Assembly: GCF_006345805.1 (NCBI RefSeq)
Contig: NW_021825030.1
Location: 1 to 16,918, forward strand
DNA length: 16,918 nucleotides
Direction of reading: 5' to 3'
Origin: Octopus sinensis
Lineage: Eukaryota
Part shown: piece after piece, positions 9,291 through 16,918 of the stretch
How the letters are laid out: each line of letters opens with the position of its first letter
Position numbering within the stretch: the first letter of the stretch is position 1
Translations under genes and position numbers: made by a program
The notes under the pieces: model-generated
The model's input: the letters and a program-made list of their open reading frames with translations, nothing else
Databases searched by the model: none
Told to the model about the DNA's origin: nothing

Positions 9291-9970
9291 TGAAGTAATT
9301 TATATTAATGCAGACCACCACTAATATCTTTGAAATTTAGTGTTTAAGTAGAGATATCTATGCTTGAAAGTGGTGAATTATTTTATATATGAAAATCCTG
9401 TTCAGATTTGTGGAAGACTTAATTCTTGATTTAGTTCTGAGCAAAGAGGTTGATTTATGATTTAGTAAGTTGAAATAAAGACTACAGATAAAGTACTAAC
9501 AATAAATAAGCATGATTTTAAAAAAACCTCTGTAACTAATTTTATATGATTGCAAGAATCTGAAGGTTACATGATAATGAGGAAGAACAGAAGGAAAGTA
9601 TTTCAAAATAACATGATCAGATTATATATTTTGTGCAATTTTTGATGCACATTGATTTTTTAATCTGAATAAACTTATTGAGTTTCCTTTTTTATATTCC
9701 GCAGAAGAAATTAATAAATCTATGTTGAATTCTGTTGTGCAATTCTTGCCTGGCTAGACAAAAATTATGCACCAAAGACAAGTAAATCATTTGCTATTTC
9801 AGCTCTTTAATTTCTGTAACCTTTATAGATATATTTTTCTTCACTCAGATACACTGAAAGACATTTATATCCATTGCTGAAATAACACTATGCCTAAGAG
9901 AAAATGTAACATCAGTAAAAGACATTCTTTAGAATTTTAAAATTATTTTCTGTATTTTGCTTTCTTTCAG

Positions 9971-10039
9971 TGATTAATAATAATATGTCATGCTGTAATG
10001 GTAGTAAATATAATCCAGTATTACATGGATGTAAGGATG
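9971..10039 (+). CDS. Galaxin-like protein, exon B (phase 1-1, 69 nt); missed by the ORF track
   Basis: Strong acceptor tattttgctttctttcag|, donor gatg|gtgagt. Encodes (V)INNNMSCCNGSKYNPVLHGCKD(G), in frame with exons A and C. Confidence 0.85.
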
Positions 10040-10524
10040 GTGAGTGTTTAATTTGGATTTTAGTTTCAAATTATTTAAATTTCTATTCCTCAATAAATTA
10101 AATTTCTATTCATTATTACCAGGAATGTTTATAGAACAAACATTAGTTTCTTTCAAATCTGTGAGTATATTTTAAAGAACACATTTGAAACAAATCGAAA
10201 AATTTATGAAGAATTACTGAATTTGATAAGATTTGACTATCAGATATCTATTTTCATTTCATATGACTAAAAAAAACATGAATTTCAAGAATTTTATTTA
10301 CTTATTTAGGTAAGGCTGCTTATAGTCCTACACAAGTATTTTTCAGTGCTTATAGTTTGAGCTCAAGGAGATTAATATGAATTCTAATTCTCTTCTGTGA
10401 AAGGTTGAGATTTCTTTGACTTTAAAGCTCTTTTAGAGACTCAAATTCAATAATAAAAGACTGAGATGAATAGTGATATACTATTTGATAAGTTTGTCCA
10501 ATTTATGCCTGCATAGAGAAACAC

Positions 10525-10640
10525 ATATTAAAGCTTTGATGATGTTGATGATGATGATGAGGACAATGATAACTATGGCAGTGGCACTGATATTGAGGAC
10601 GACTACAACGACAACAGTAGTGGTGGTTGTGATAGTGATG
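10525..10640. repeat. Degenerate (GAT)n-derived trinucleotide low-complexity tract
   Basis: GATGATGTTGATGATGATGATGAGGACAATGAT...GTAGTGGTGGTTGTGATAGTGATG. Confidence 0.7.
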
Positions 10641-10658
10641 CTATATTTTGTTCAGTGT

Positions 10659-10992
10659 GAAGGTGCATGGCTCAGTGGTTAGAGTGCCGAGCTTATGATC
10701 ATGAGGTTGTGAGTTCGAATCCCGGACCAGGTTGCATGTTGTGTTCTTGAGCAAGACACTTTATTCCACATTGCTCCAGTTCACTCAGCTGTAGAAATGA
10801 GTTGCGACATTACAGGTGCCAGGCTATATCGGCCTTTACCTTTCCCTTGGATAACACTTGTGGCATGGAGAGGGGAGGCTGGTATGCACGGGTGACTGCT
10901 GGTCTTCCATAAACAACCTTGCTCGGACTTGTGCCTGGGAGGGTAACTTTCTAGGTGCAATCCCAGGGTCAGTCATGACTGAAGGGGGTCTC
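10659..10992 (+). mobile_element. Full-length tRNA-derived CORE-type SINE (copy 1)
   Basis: A box TGGCTCAGTGG (10668-10678), B box GTTCGAATCC (10713-10722), CORE-like TTCTTGAGCAAGACACTTTATTCCACATTGCTCCAGTTCACTCAGCTGTAGAAATGAG. Two further copies at 16016-16344 and 16348-16631. As I recall, octopus OR1/OR2 SINEs were classed as CORE-SINEs; exact family not verified. Confidence 0.88.
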
Positions 10993-11059
10993 AGCAACTA
11001 TGTTCTGTTAAATTGTGTATTCAAAACTGCCATAAAAAAATACATTACCAATATTAAGC

Positions 11060-11370
11060 ATTCATTAGATGTGTGTGAAAGATGGAGTACAAGTGTGCTG
11101 AGAGCTACTGGACAAAGGCCCTGGCTGCTGTGCACAAGAGAAATAATTCTAACAATATAGGCATCTGATAGGAATGGACAACATGCAATGAACTACGTAT
11201 GAAGGATAGTTGTAACAGAAAAACCAAGGATAATGTGGGGTGATGAGGTTAGATATCAAGACACTGAGATTCACAGAAGAGATGGAAAATAATTGAAATG
11301 GATCATGAATGCATGCCATTGGGAAGAAATAAACTTCAAAATGATGATGACAATGATGCAGAGGAGGAAG
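11060..11370 (+). mobile_element. Highly degenerate RTE LINE 3' fragment
   Basis: STSVLR..CCAQE and KPRIMWGDEVR remnants resemble the RTE C-terminus at 5900-6160; ends in ATGATGATGAC at ~11340-11351. Confidence 0.45.
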
Positions 11371-11618
11371 GAGATCCAATAACTGAATGTCACAATTCAG
11401 TTATTGGTCAAATATTGTGTGGTATTGGGAGGGCAGAAAGTGAGAGGGAGAGAAAGAGAGAGAGAGAGAAAGTGAGAGAGAAAGTTTTCATGATTTGTAT
11501 TGAATGAGTATTCTTATATTCTTTATAGTTTTCTTTTATAGAAGATATTAAAAAAAAAATTAATTTAGGGTGGCTGTCTTCAGTTAATATTTGAAATGTT
11601 TAATTAATTTAATTTCAG

Positions 11619-11782
11619 GTAAAATTACAAATTCCAGTTTCAGTAAATGCTATTCAAGCCCATATAATTCCAAAACACAAGTATGTTGCAAGTATAGCAT
11701 TATAAATAAGACAGAAGATAATCAAGATTCTTGTTGTCAAGGTAGTTCTCGAACAAAAATTCCTTATGATTCCAAAACACAG
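11619..11782 (+). CDS. Galaxin-like protein, exon C (phase 1-0, 164 nt)
   Basis: Acceptor taatttaatttcag|, donor acag|gtaagc. Encodes (G)KITNSSFSKCYSSPYNSKTQVCCKYSIINKTEDNQDSCCQGSSRTKIPYDSKTQ. Confidence 0.9.
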
Positions 11783-12238
11783 GTAAGCCTTTCATATTGT
11801 TGTTGATGTAAAATTGCATTGTACCTCTTGAAATATAAGTTAGGAGCATAAACTTTACAATTTCTGAACAGAGATAACAGAAATTTACTAAAATCAGATC
11901 TGCTACACTTCATATGGAAACTTGAAAACTTATGGTATAATTACCTAAGTCAAGGTTTAAAGCAAATATCAAATTTGAGATTATTATTTAAATTCTTTAA
12001 AGATAGGAAGCTTTAATATGAAAAAAAATTGGAACTAATATACTCTGGTTGATATTATGTTAACAAGAGGAAGCTGTTGATGCTCATAATCTTTTACTGA
12101 ATCACATATGCAACAGGTTATATCATGGCTGTATATATTTCTTCAATGTTACTACTTAGAGAATAAGATTTATGAATTCTAAAAGGAAAAAAGAAAACTC
12201 TAGTAGCAAACTGAAAATTCTGATGCTAAAAGCTGAGT

Positions 12239-12464
12239 TTAACCCTTTTGTTACCAATCCAGCTGAAACTGGCTCTGGCTCTGAGTACAAATATCTTGTT
12301 TTCATAAGTTTTGAATTAAAATCTTCCACCAAACCTTAGTCACAATTTACGTTCATAACACTAGCTGAATATAACTAAGTTATTTTACTAAATTCTTTGT
12401 TATATTAAAGTAATTGAAAGAAACAGAGAGCATCTCAAAATAAATACAGTAACGAAAGGTTTAA
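12239..12464. mobile_element. piggyBac-type MITE (218 bp, 12243-12460) with TTAA target duplication
   Basis: TTAA (12239-12242) CCCTTTTGTTAC ... GTAACGAAAGGT TTAA (12461-12464); TIRs match 10/12. TTAA TSD with CCC termini is the established piggyBac signature. Confidence 0.8.
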
Positions 12465-12695
12465 AAGATTATAAATCTTTTATTGTTTTTCATAAATGGT
12501 GGTTAACAAAAACTGACAATTTTTATACCCCCAAAAAACTTTCACTAGAATCAGATTCTTCATTGCTAAATTTAAAAAGAGTACATATAGTTAAACACAG
12601 AAAGTCATATAACACAATATCCACAGTTTTAAATCTGTTTTTGGTGTCTCTCTCTTTCATTTCCATACCTTATGTTAGATCTCTTTCTCTTGAAC

Positions 12696-12897
12696 TTAAC
12701 TCTTTAGCAGCCCAAATATTCTACCTGTTTTAAGCTCAAACTAGCCAGATCTGGCCTCTGACACCTATCTGCAATGTCATTCTAAAAACAAGCAATCATA
12801 TCATCGAAATATTGAAGCTTCAAGATAGTGCATGCTTAATTCAAAACAATGTGAATACACAAGCATTACATTTGACAGAGTTAAGCTAAGAGTATTA
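12696..12897. mobile_element. Second, more degenerate TTAA-type MITE
   Basis: Left end TTAA CTCTTTAGC and right end GCTAAGAGT ATTA are imperfect inverted termini; the interior resembles an octopus MITE from memory. Confidence 0.5.
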
Positions 12898-13114
12898 CAT
12901 ATGTCTCATTTATTTTTACTTCATAACTAAATCTCTCAAGGACTCATTCCTTGGTCACCATGGTTTCACTCATCACTATTTGTCATCACTATCAAGCATA
13001 AATTTTGAATTTCTAAGATTCTCATCACATCAACTAAACTATAACTAAATTGTATCAAATTTTGTAGTATATTTCACATTTAAGACTTGTATATATATAT
13101 ATGATGTTTTACAG

Positions 13115-13230
13115 ATATGCACAGCTAAGGGTAACATCCAAAGTAAAACTCATTGTAATTATGATAAAGATCCAAAGAAATATACTTGCTGCCAGGGTTT
13201 ACTGTATAATAAACCAAGTAATGAATCAAT
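13115..13230 (+). CDS. Galaxin-like protein, exon D (phase 0-2, 116 nt); missed by the ORF track
   Basis: Acceptor gatgttttacag|, donor caat|gtaaga. Encodes ICTAKGNIQSKTHCNYDKDPKKYTCCQGLLYNKPSNES(M); continues YDSKTQ|IC from exon C. Confidence 0.9.
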
Positions 13231-13806
13231 GTAAGATAAATTTAGCTATTTAACATTTTTTAATTTTCTTTTAGCAAGTGTTACTTTTCATTTTCTATTT
13301 AATTACTTTGACCAATCCAACAAGTTTTTTGGAGACATTTAACAACTAAAATATATCCTTTAAACTTATAATAGCATATTTAATGTCACCTTAAAATATT
13401 GTGGGCATTAGAAATGAGTTAAAATTTCAACAAGATCAAATAGCTATCTAAAGCCAATGTAATAAAGTACCTTGTTAAGTACTAGGGTTAATTTAATCAG
13501 CTAATCCCATTACTGGCCTTGTGGCTATGTAAGAAATTGTTAAGCTGTATGATATTTCATTATAACACCCATTGAACTGCCTTGAATACAAATGTTCAGT
13601 AAGTAATTTCTGTGCCTACAACTTATGTGCTTATAATTTCCTTTGGCAAAATTGATCAGTATTGATTGCTATTATTCAAAATCAATACCTACATTATATA
13701 ACTATGTTATATTATGATACTTCGTGTTGCATCCTATGGCATAAGCTTTTAGATGGCTATACTATTATGTTAAATAACTCTTAAAAATTTCATTTGGATT
13801 TTGCAG

Positions 13807-14180
13807 GTGCTGTGAAAATATACGAAAACAGAAGCCAGCTGAAGGCATTCCAGATGATTGCCAAGCTTCACTTTGTGACAATAAAATGTATAATAGCATA
13901 CACAACATTTGTTGCAATGGCACGCTAATTAGTAGAACAAAATACTACTGCAAAGATGGAAAACAATTCAAACTGTTCAATTTTAAAGATGGTCTCTATA
14001 CAAAAAACATACAGATTTGTGGACAATATGCTATTAAACGTTCCAGAATTGTTGGTTGCTGCATTGGAATGCCTTATTTTAAAAACGAAATCAAATGCCC
14101 TTTAAAGTGGAGGGATAAAAGAAGTGAACTGAAATCAAGTGATTATCCTTTTTGGAATATAATTCATTGCAAAACTTTGA
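13807..14180 (+). CDS. Galaxin-like protein, exon E (phase 2-1, 374 nt; reads to TAA 14189-14191 if unspliced)
   Basis: Acceptor ggattttgcag|, at|g gives M then CCENIRKQ...CDNKMYNSIHNICCNGTL...GCCIGMPYF...HCKTL; donor ttga|gtaagt. Contains track ORF 13886..14191. Confidence 0.9.
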
Positions 14181-14397
14181 GTAAGTTTTAAATTACTTAA
14201 AATGCATTTCTTGTTTGTCATATTGGTATAGTTGTGTCAGCCATTTTCAAGTAAAGTAGGAGAAAAAAAATGAGTCAATAGATCAGTTAACTGAAATTGT
14301 GTTGCACCTATCCCAGTTAAGTGTGTCTGTTGCTCTTGTTGTTGTTGTTATTGTTTTGTATGTGTGTGAGTATACATACACACACACACATACAAAT

Positions 14398-14449
14398 ATG
14401 AATTATGTGTGTGTGTATACACATATATATATACACACACATAATTCAT
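14398..14449. repeat. Perfect 17-bp inverted repeat within (AC)/(GT) microsatellites
   Basis: ATGAATTATGTGTGTGT (14398-14414) is the reverse complement of ACACACACATAATTCAT (14433-14449). Confidence 0.9.
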
Positions 14450-14660
14450 GTGTGTGTGTCTTATTTTCTTAAAATATGAGAACAAATGTATGTATGCAAT
14501 TTTTGTTTATTTAATCATTGAAAATTATCAAAAGCTGAAATCTTGAGGTAAGATAGTTTCTGTTGCACTTACATGTGGTGGATTTCCATGTATTGGTAAA
14601 TGTAACAATAACTTTTTATTCTGATAGCTTTTTATTTATAAAAATTAGGTATATCATATA

Positions 14661-14975
14661 TATATATTTGCAAATTTTCAGGCAAAACAGTAATTACAAA
14701 CAAATAGGCACTCATATATATTTTCAATATGTGAGCGCGTGTGTATCGTTGGCGATTTTCTTTCTCCATCTTCTCTTCATTGGACTTTTCCTTTTTCTAT
14801 GTTTCTGATGAAGAGCTCCGCTCGAAACGTTAAATCCCCCTTCTTTCTTTCCTTTCTTGAGCGTCCAATAACACTATACTTGTTCTACATCCTTGCGTTG
14901 TTGCTGTTTCTCTTTGTTCATGTTTGGATTAACTATATATATATATATTTGCGAATTTTCAAGCAAAAGAGTAAT
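14661..14975 (+). mobile_element. Penelope-like terminal-repeat fragment (~14695-14941) flanked by 34-bp direct repeats
   Basis: Hammerhead-like motif at 14801-14835, downstream TTCTTGAGCGTCCAATAACAC shared with the 682-940 element; direct repeats 14661-14694 and 14942-14975 (31/34 identical). Confidence 0.65.
14801..14835 (+). ncRNA. Minimal type I hammerhead ribozyme-like motif
   Basis: GUUU CUGAUGA A GAGC-UCC-GCUC GAAAC GUU / AAAU. Canonical CUGAUGA (14805-14811) and GAAA (14824-14827), one extra A, palindromic ACGU stem III, predicted cut after 14831. Confidence 0.68.
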
Positions 14976-15204
14976 ACACATCTTTCATGATTATCAAGCA
15001 AGATAGTAATTAATTAATTACACACCATTTTCTTTTCTTCCCATTGTGCTGAAAACATCCATTTTTTTTATATATCTATCTACTTGTGTGTCTGTTTATA
15101 TTTGTATAAGTATGTATTGCATGCATAAATATATACATGTAAGTGTGTTTGAACACATATAAATACATACATATCTTTCCATCTTTACTAGGAATATTTC
15201 TGTA

Positions 15205-15600
15205 CTTTGAACATCTCTCTTTATCTCTCCCTCTCACCTCCCACTTGCTCTCCTTTCTTACCTTCAACTTGCTCTCCTTTTTCACCCTCTACTTGCCTCC
15301 CTCTCTGTCTTAACTTACTTACCCCTGCTCCCTTTCCCCCTCCCATATTCATTTGCTCTCCTCTTTTACCTATTCTCGTATCTCACCCTCCACCTGCTTT
15401 CCTCTCTCACCCTCTATTTTCTCTCCTTTCTTACTTTTCCCTCTTTCTCCTTATTCATTTGCCCTCCTCTCTCTCCCTCCACCTACTCCCCTCCCTCTCA
15501 ACTTATTCACCTATCTCTTCCCTCATACCCCCATCATTCCTTCTCACTATCTCTCTCCTCTTTCTCTCACTCTCACTCTCTTTCATTCTCTTTCTCTCTA
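15205..15600. repeat. Polypyrimidine (CT-rich) low-complexity tract
   Basis: About 400 nt almost devoid of G on the + strand. Confidence 0.85.
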
Positions 15601-15699
15601 CACCTAAGAACAAATCACACACCACTAAGAAGGAAGTAATACTGCAGTGAAGATGTTACCGAGAAACTAGAAAGAGTGTAATCAAGCAGAATCTATACT

Positions 15700-15960
15700 T
15701 GACCTCATGAAAATACTGTTCATGGAACAAATAACCAGGAGTGATAACATATTAGACCTCTGTTTCACCAACAACATAGGTGAAGTTATCAACAGCAATT
15801 TTCTCAGACCACAACTTGATAGAACTGACAATGTATGGTCCAAAACCAATTAATGATGTATTCCATACTGATAGTACCCAAACTCTATCCACTTTTAACT
15901 TCTACAATGCTGACTAGAAGTGAACTGAAAAATGAATTTTCCAGCAAAACTGAGTCAAAA
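15700..15960 (+). pseudogene. Decayed non-LTR retrotransposon APE endonuclease C-terminal fragment
   Basis: EQITRSDNILDLCFTNN (from 15725), frameshift, SDHNLIELTM (15804-15833), then TFNFYNAD* (W to stop). TR..N.LDL..TN and SDH are standard LINE APE motifs. Confidence 0.75.
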
Positions 15961-16015
15961 GTGTCTTTAGGCAAGACATGATATGAAACTTAGAGAATTC
16001 GTATCAATAGTGCAA

Positions 16016-16344
16016 GTAAAGATCCCCTGCAGTCCCAAGTGACTGTGGGATTGCACCTAGAAAGTTACCCTCCGAGGCACAAGTCTGAGCAAGGTTGTTT
16101 GTGGAAGACCAGCCGTCACCCACACATACCAGTCTTCCCTCCCCACACCACCAATGTTCTCCAAGGGAAAGGTGAAGGTTTGTACTGCTTGACACCAGTG
16201 ACATCACAACTTATTTCTATAGCTGAGTGAACTGGAACAACTTGAAATAGAGTGTCTTGCTAAAGAACACAATGCACAGACTGGTCCAAACTCACAACCT
16301 CACAATTATAAGCCCAACACTAACCATTCAGCCATGCACCTTCA
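16016..16344 (-). mobile_element. CORE-type SINE copy 2 (B box damaged)
   Basis: The reverse complement aligns end to end with 10659-10992; GAGTTTGGACCAG lacks ~7 nt of the B box. Confidence 0.88.
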
Positions 16345-16347
16345 CAC

Positions 16348-16631
16348 ATGCACATAGTGGTTAGAATGTCAGGCTCACAATCATGAGGTAGTGAATTCAC
16401 ACTGCTCCAGTTCACTCAGCTGTAGGAATGAGTTGCAATGTCACTAGTGCCAAGCTGTATCAGCCTTTGCCTTTCCTTTGGATAACATTGGTGGCATGAA
16501 GAAGGGAGACTGGTATGCATGGATGACTGTGGGTCTTCCATAAACAATCTTGTCTGGATTTGTGCCTTGGAGGGGAACTTTCTACGTGCAGTTCCATGGT
16601 CATTTGTGACCGAAGGGGTCTTTACCCTTTA
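16348..16631 (+). mobile_element. CORE-type SINE copy 3 (B box and 5' CORE deleted), TTTACCCTTTA tail
   Basis: Aligns with 10666-10992 except for a deletion of roughly 45 nt between GTGAATTC and ACACTGCTCCAG. Confidence 0.85.
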
Positions 16632-16635
16632 CATA

Positions 16636-16831
16636 TGTACTCTTTTACTTGTTTCAGTCATTTGACTGTCGCCATGCTGGAGCACCGCCTTTAGTTGAGC
16701 AAATCAACCCCAGGACTTATTCTTTGTAAGCCTAGTAATTATTCTATCAGTCTCTTTTGCCGAACCGCTAAGTTATGGGGACGTAAACACACCACCATCG
16801 GTTGTCAAGCGATATGGGGGGACAAACACAT

Positions 16832-16867
<36 letters not shown>

Positions 16868-16872
16868 CACAC

Positions 16873-16917
<45 letters not shown>

Positions 16918-16918
16918 G
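16636..16918 (-). mobile_element. 3' half of a second SINE family with an internal (GT)n/(TA)n microsatellite; runs off the window
   Basis: The minus strand ends ...AAAGGCGGTGCTCCAGCATGGCGACAGTCAAATGACTGAAACAAGTAAAAGAGTA, sharing its tail with the LINE at 3783-3821. Non-coding; very common octopus repeat from memory. The tRNA head is not in the window, so the SINE call is partly inferred. Confidence 0.7.

Noticed and set aside
9720-9782. IYVEFCCAILAWLDKNYAPKT stretch with a CC doublet
   Set aside because: Stops lie just upstream in that frame, and the nearby acceptor at 9704 gives stops in all frames.
10123-10160. Candidate exon (ccag| ... |gtgagt) and a second candidate at 10310 (GKAAYSPTQ)
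   Set aside because: After exon B either would end in phase 0, whereas exon C needs phase 1. B joins C directly with good repeat spacing (CKDGKITN). They could still be cryptic or alternative exons if RNA-seq shows so.
10525-10660. Asp-rich reading frame (FDDVDDDDEDND...) as an acidic biomineralisation exon
   Set aside because: Derived from a degenerate (GAT)n tract; TAA immediately upstream, only a weak acceptor in the wrong phase, and it ends in a stop.
10661-10735. tRNA gene
   Set aside because: A and B boxes are present but no convincing acceptor stem; it continues into a CORE domain and has two paralogous SINE copies in the window.
13460-13555. Possible degenerate SINE 3' fragment
   Set aside because: Similarity is only to my memory of an octopus repeat and too weak to support from the sequence.
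15207-15650. Leu/Ser/Pro/Phe-rich ORFs suggesting a transmembrane exon
   Set aside because: Produced by a CT-rich low-complexity tract that cannot easily form stop codons. The same applies to 156..347 on the minus strand.

Overview
AT-rich, repeat-dense eukaryotic genomic DNA. The repeat families and microsatellite style match what I recall of Octopus/coleoid cephalopod genomes (inference, no search run). Bases 1-7620 are a nested transposon cluster: a Penelope-like terminal repeat with a minimal hammerhead-like motif, a compound (TA)n satellite, an RTE-type 3' tail element, two 5'-truncated CR1/L2-group LINE copies, a foldback MITE, a decayed RTE LINE and a SINE head. Bases 8389-14180 hold five phase-compatible GT-AG exons that splice into an uninterrupted 284-codon Cys-Cys-repeat (galaxin-like) protein fragment; its start codon, and probably its end, were not found. 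The introns and downstream region contain CORE-type tRNA SINEs, two TTAA MITEs, a second Penelope-like hammerhead repeat, a LINE endonuclease relic and a head-to-head SINE pair. Best leads: (i) two variant hammerhead motifs with a palindromic stem III; (ii) a SINE and a LINE sharing a 39-nt 3' tail whose stem-loop shows compensatory changes; (iii) the galaxin-like gene, whose exons 3-5 could form a stop-free 654-nt circle between inverted SINEs. Most ORFs in the supplied track are microsatellite or antisense artefacts.
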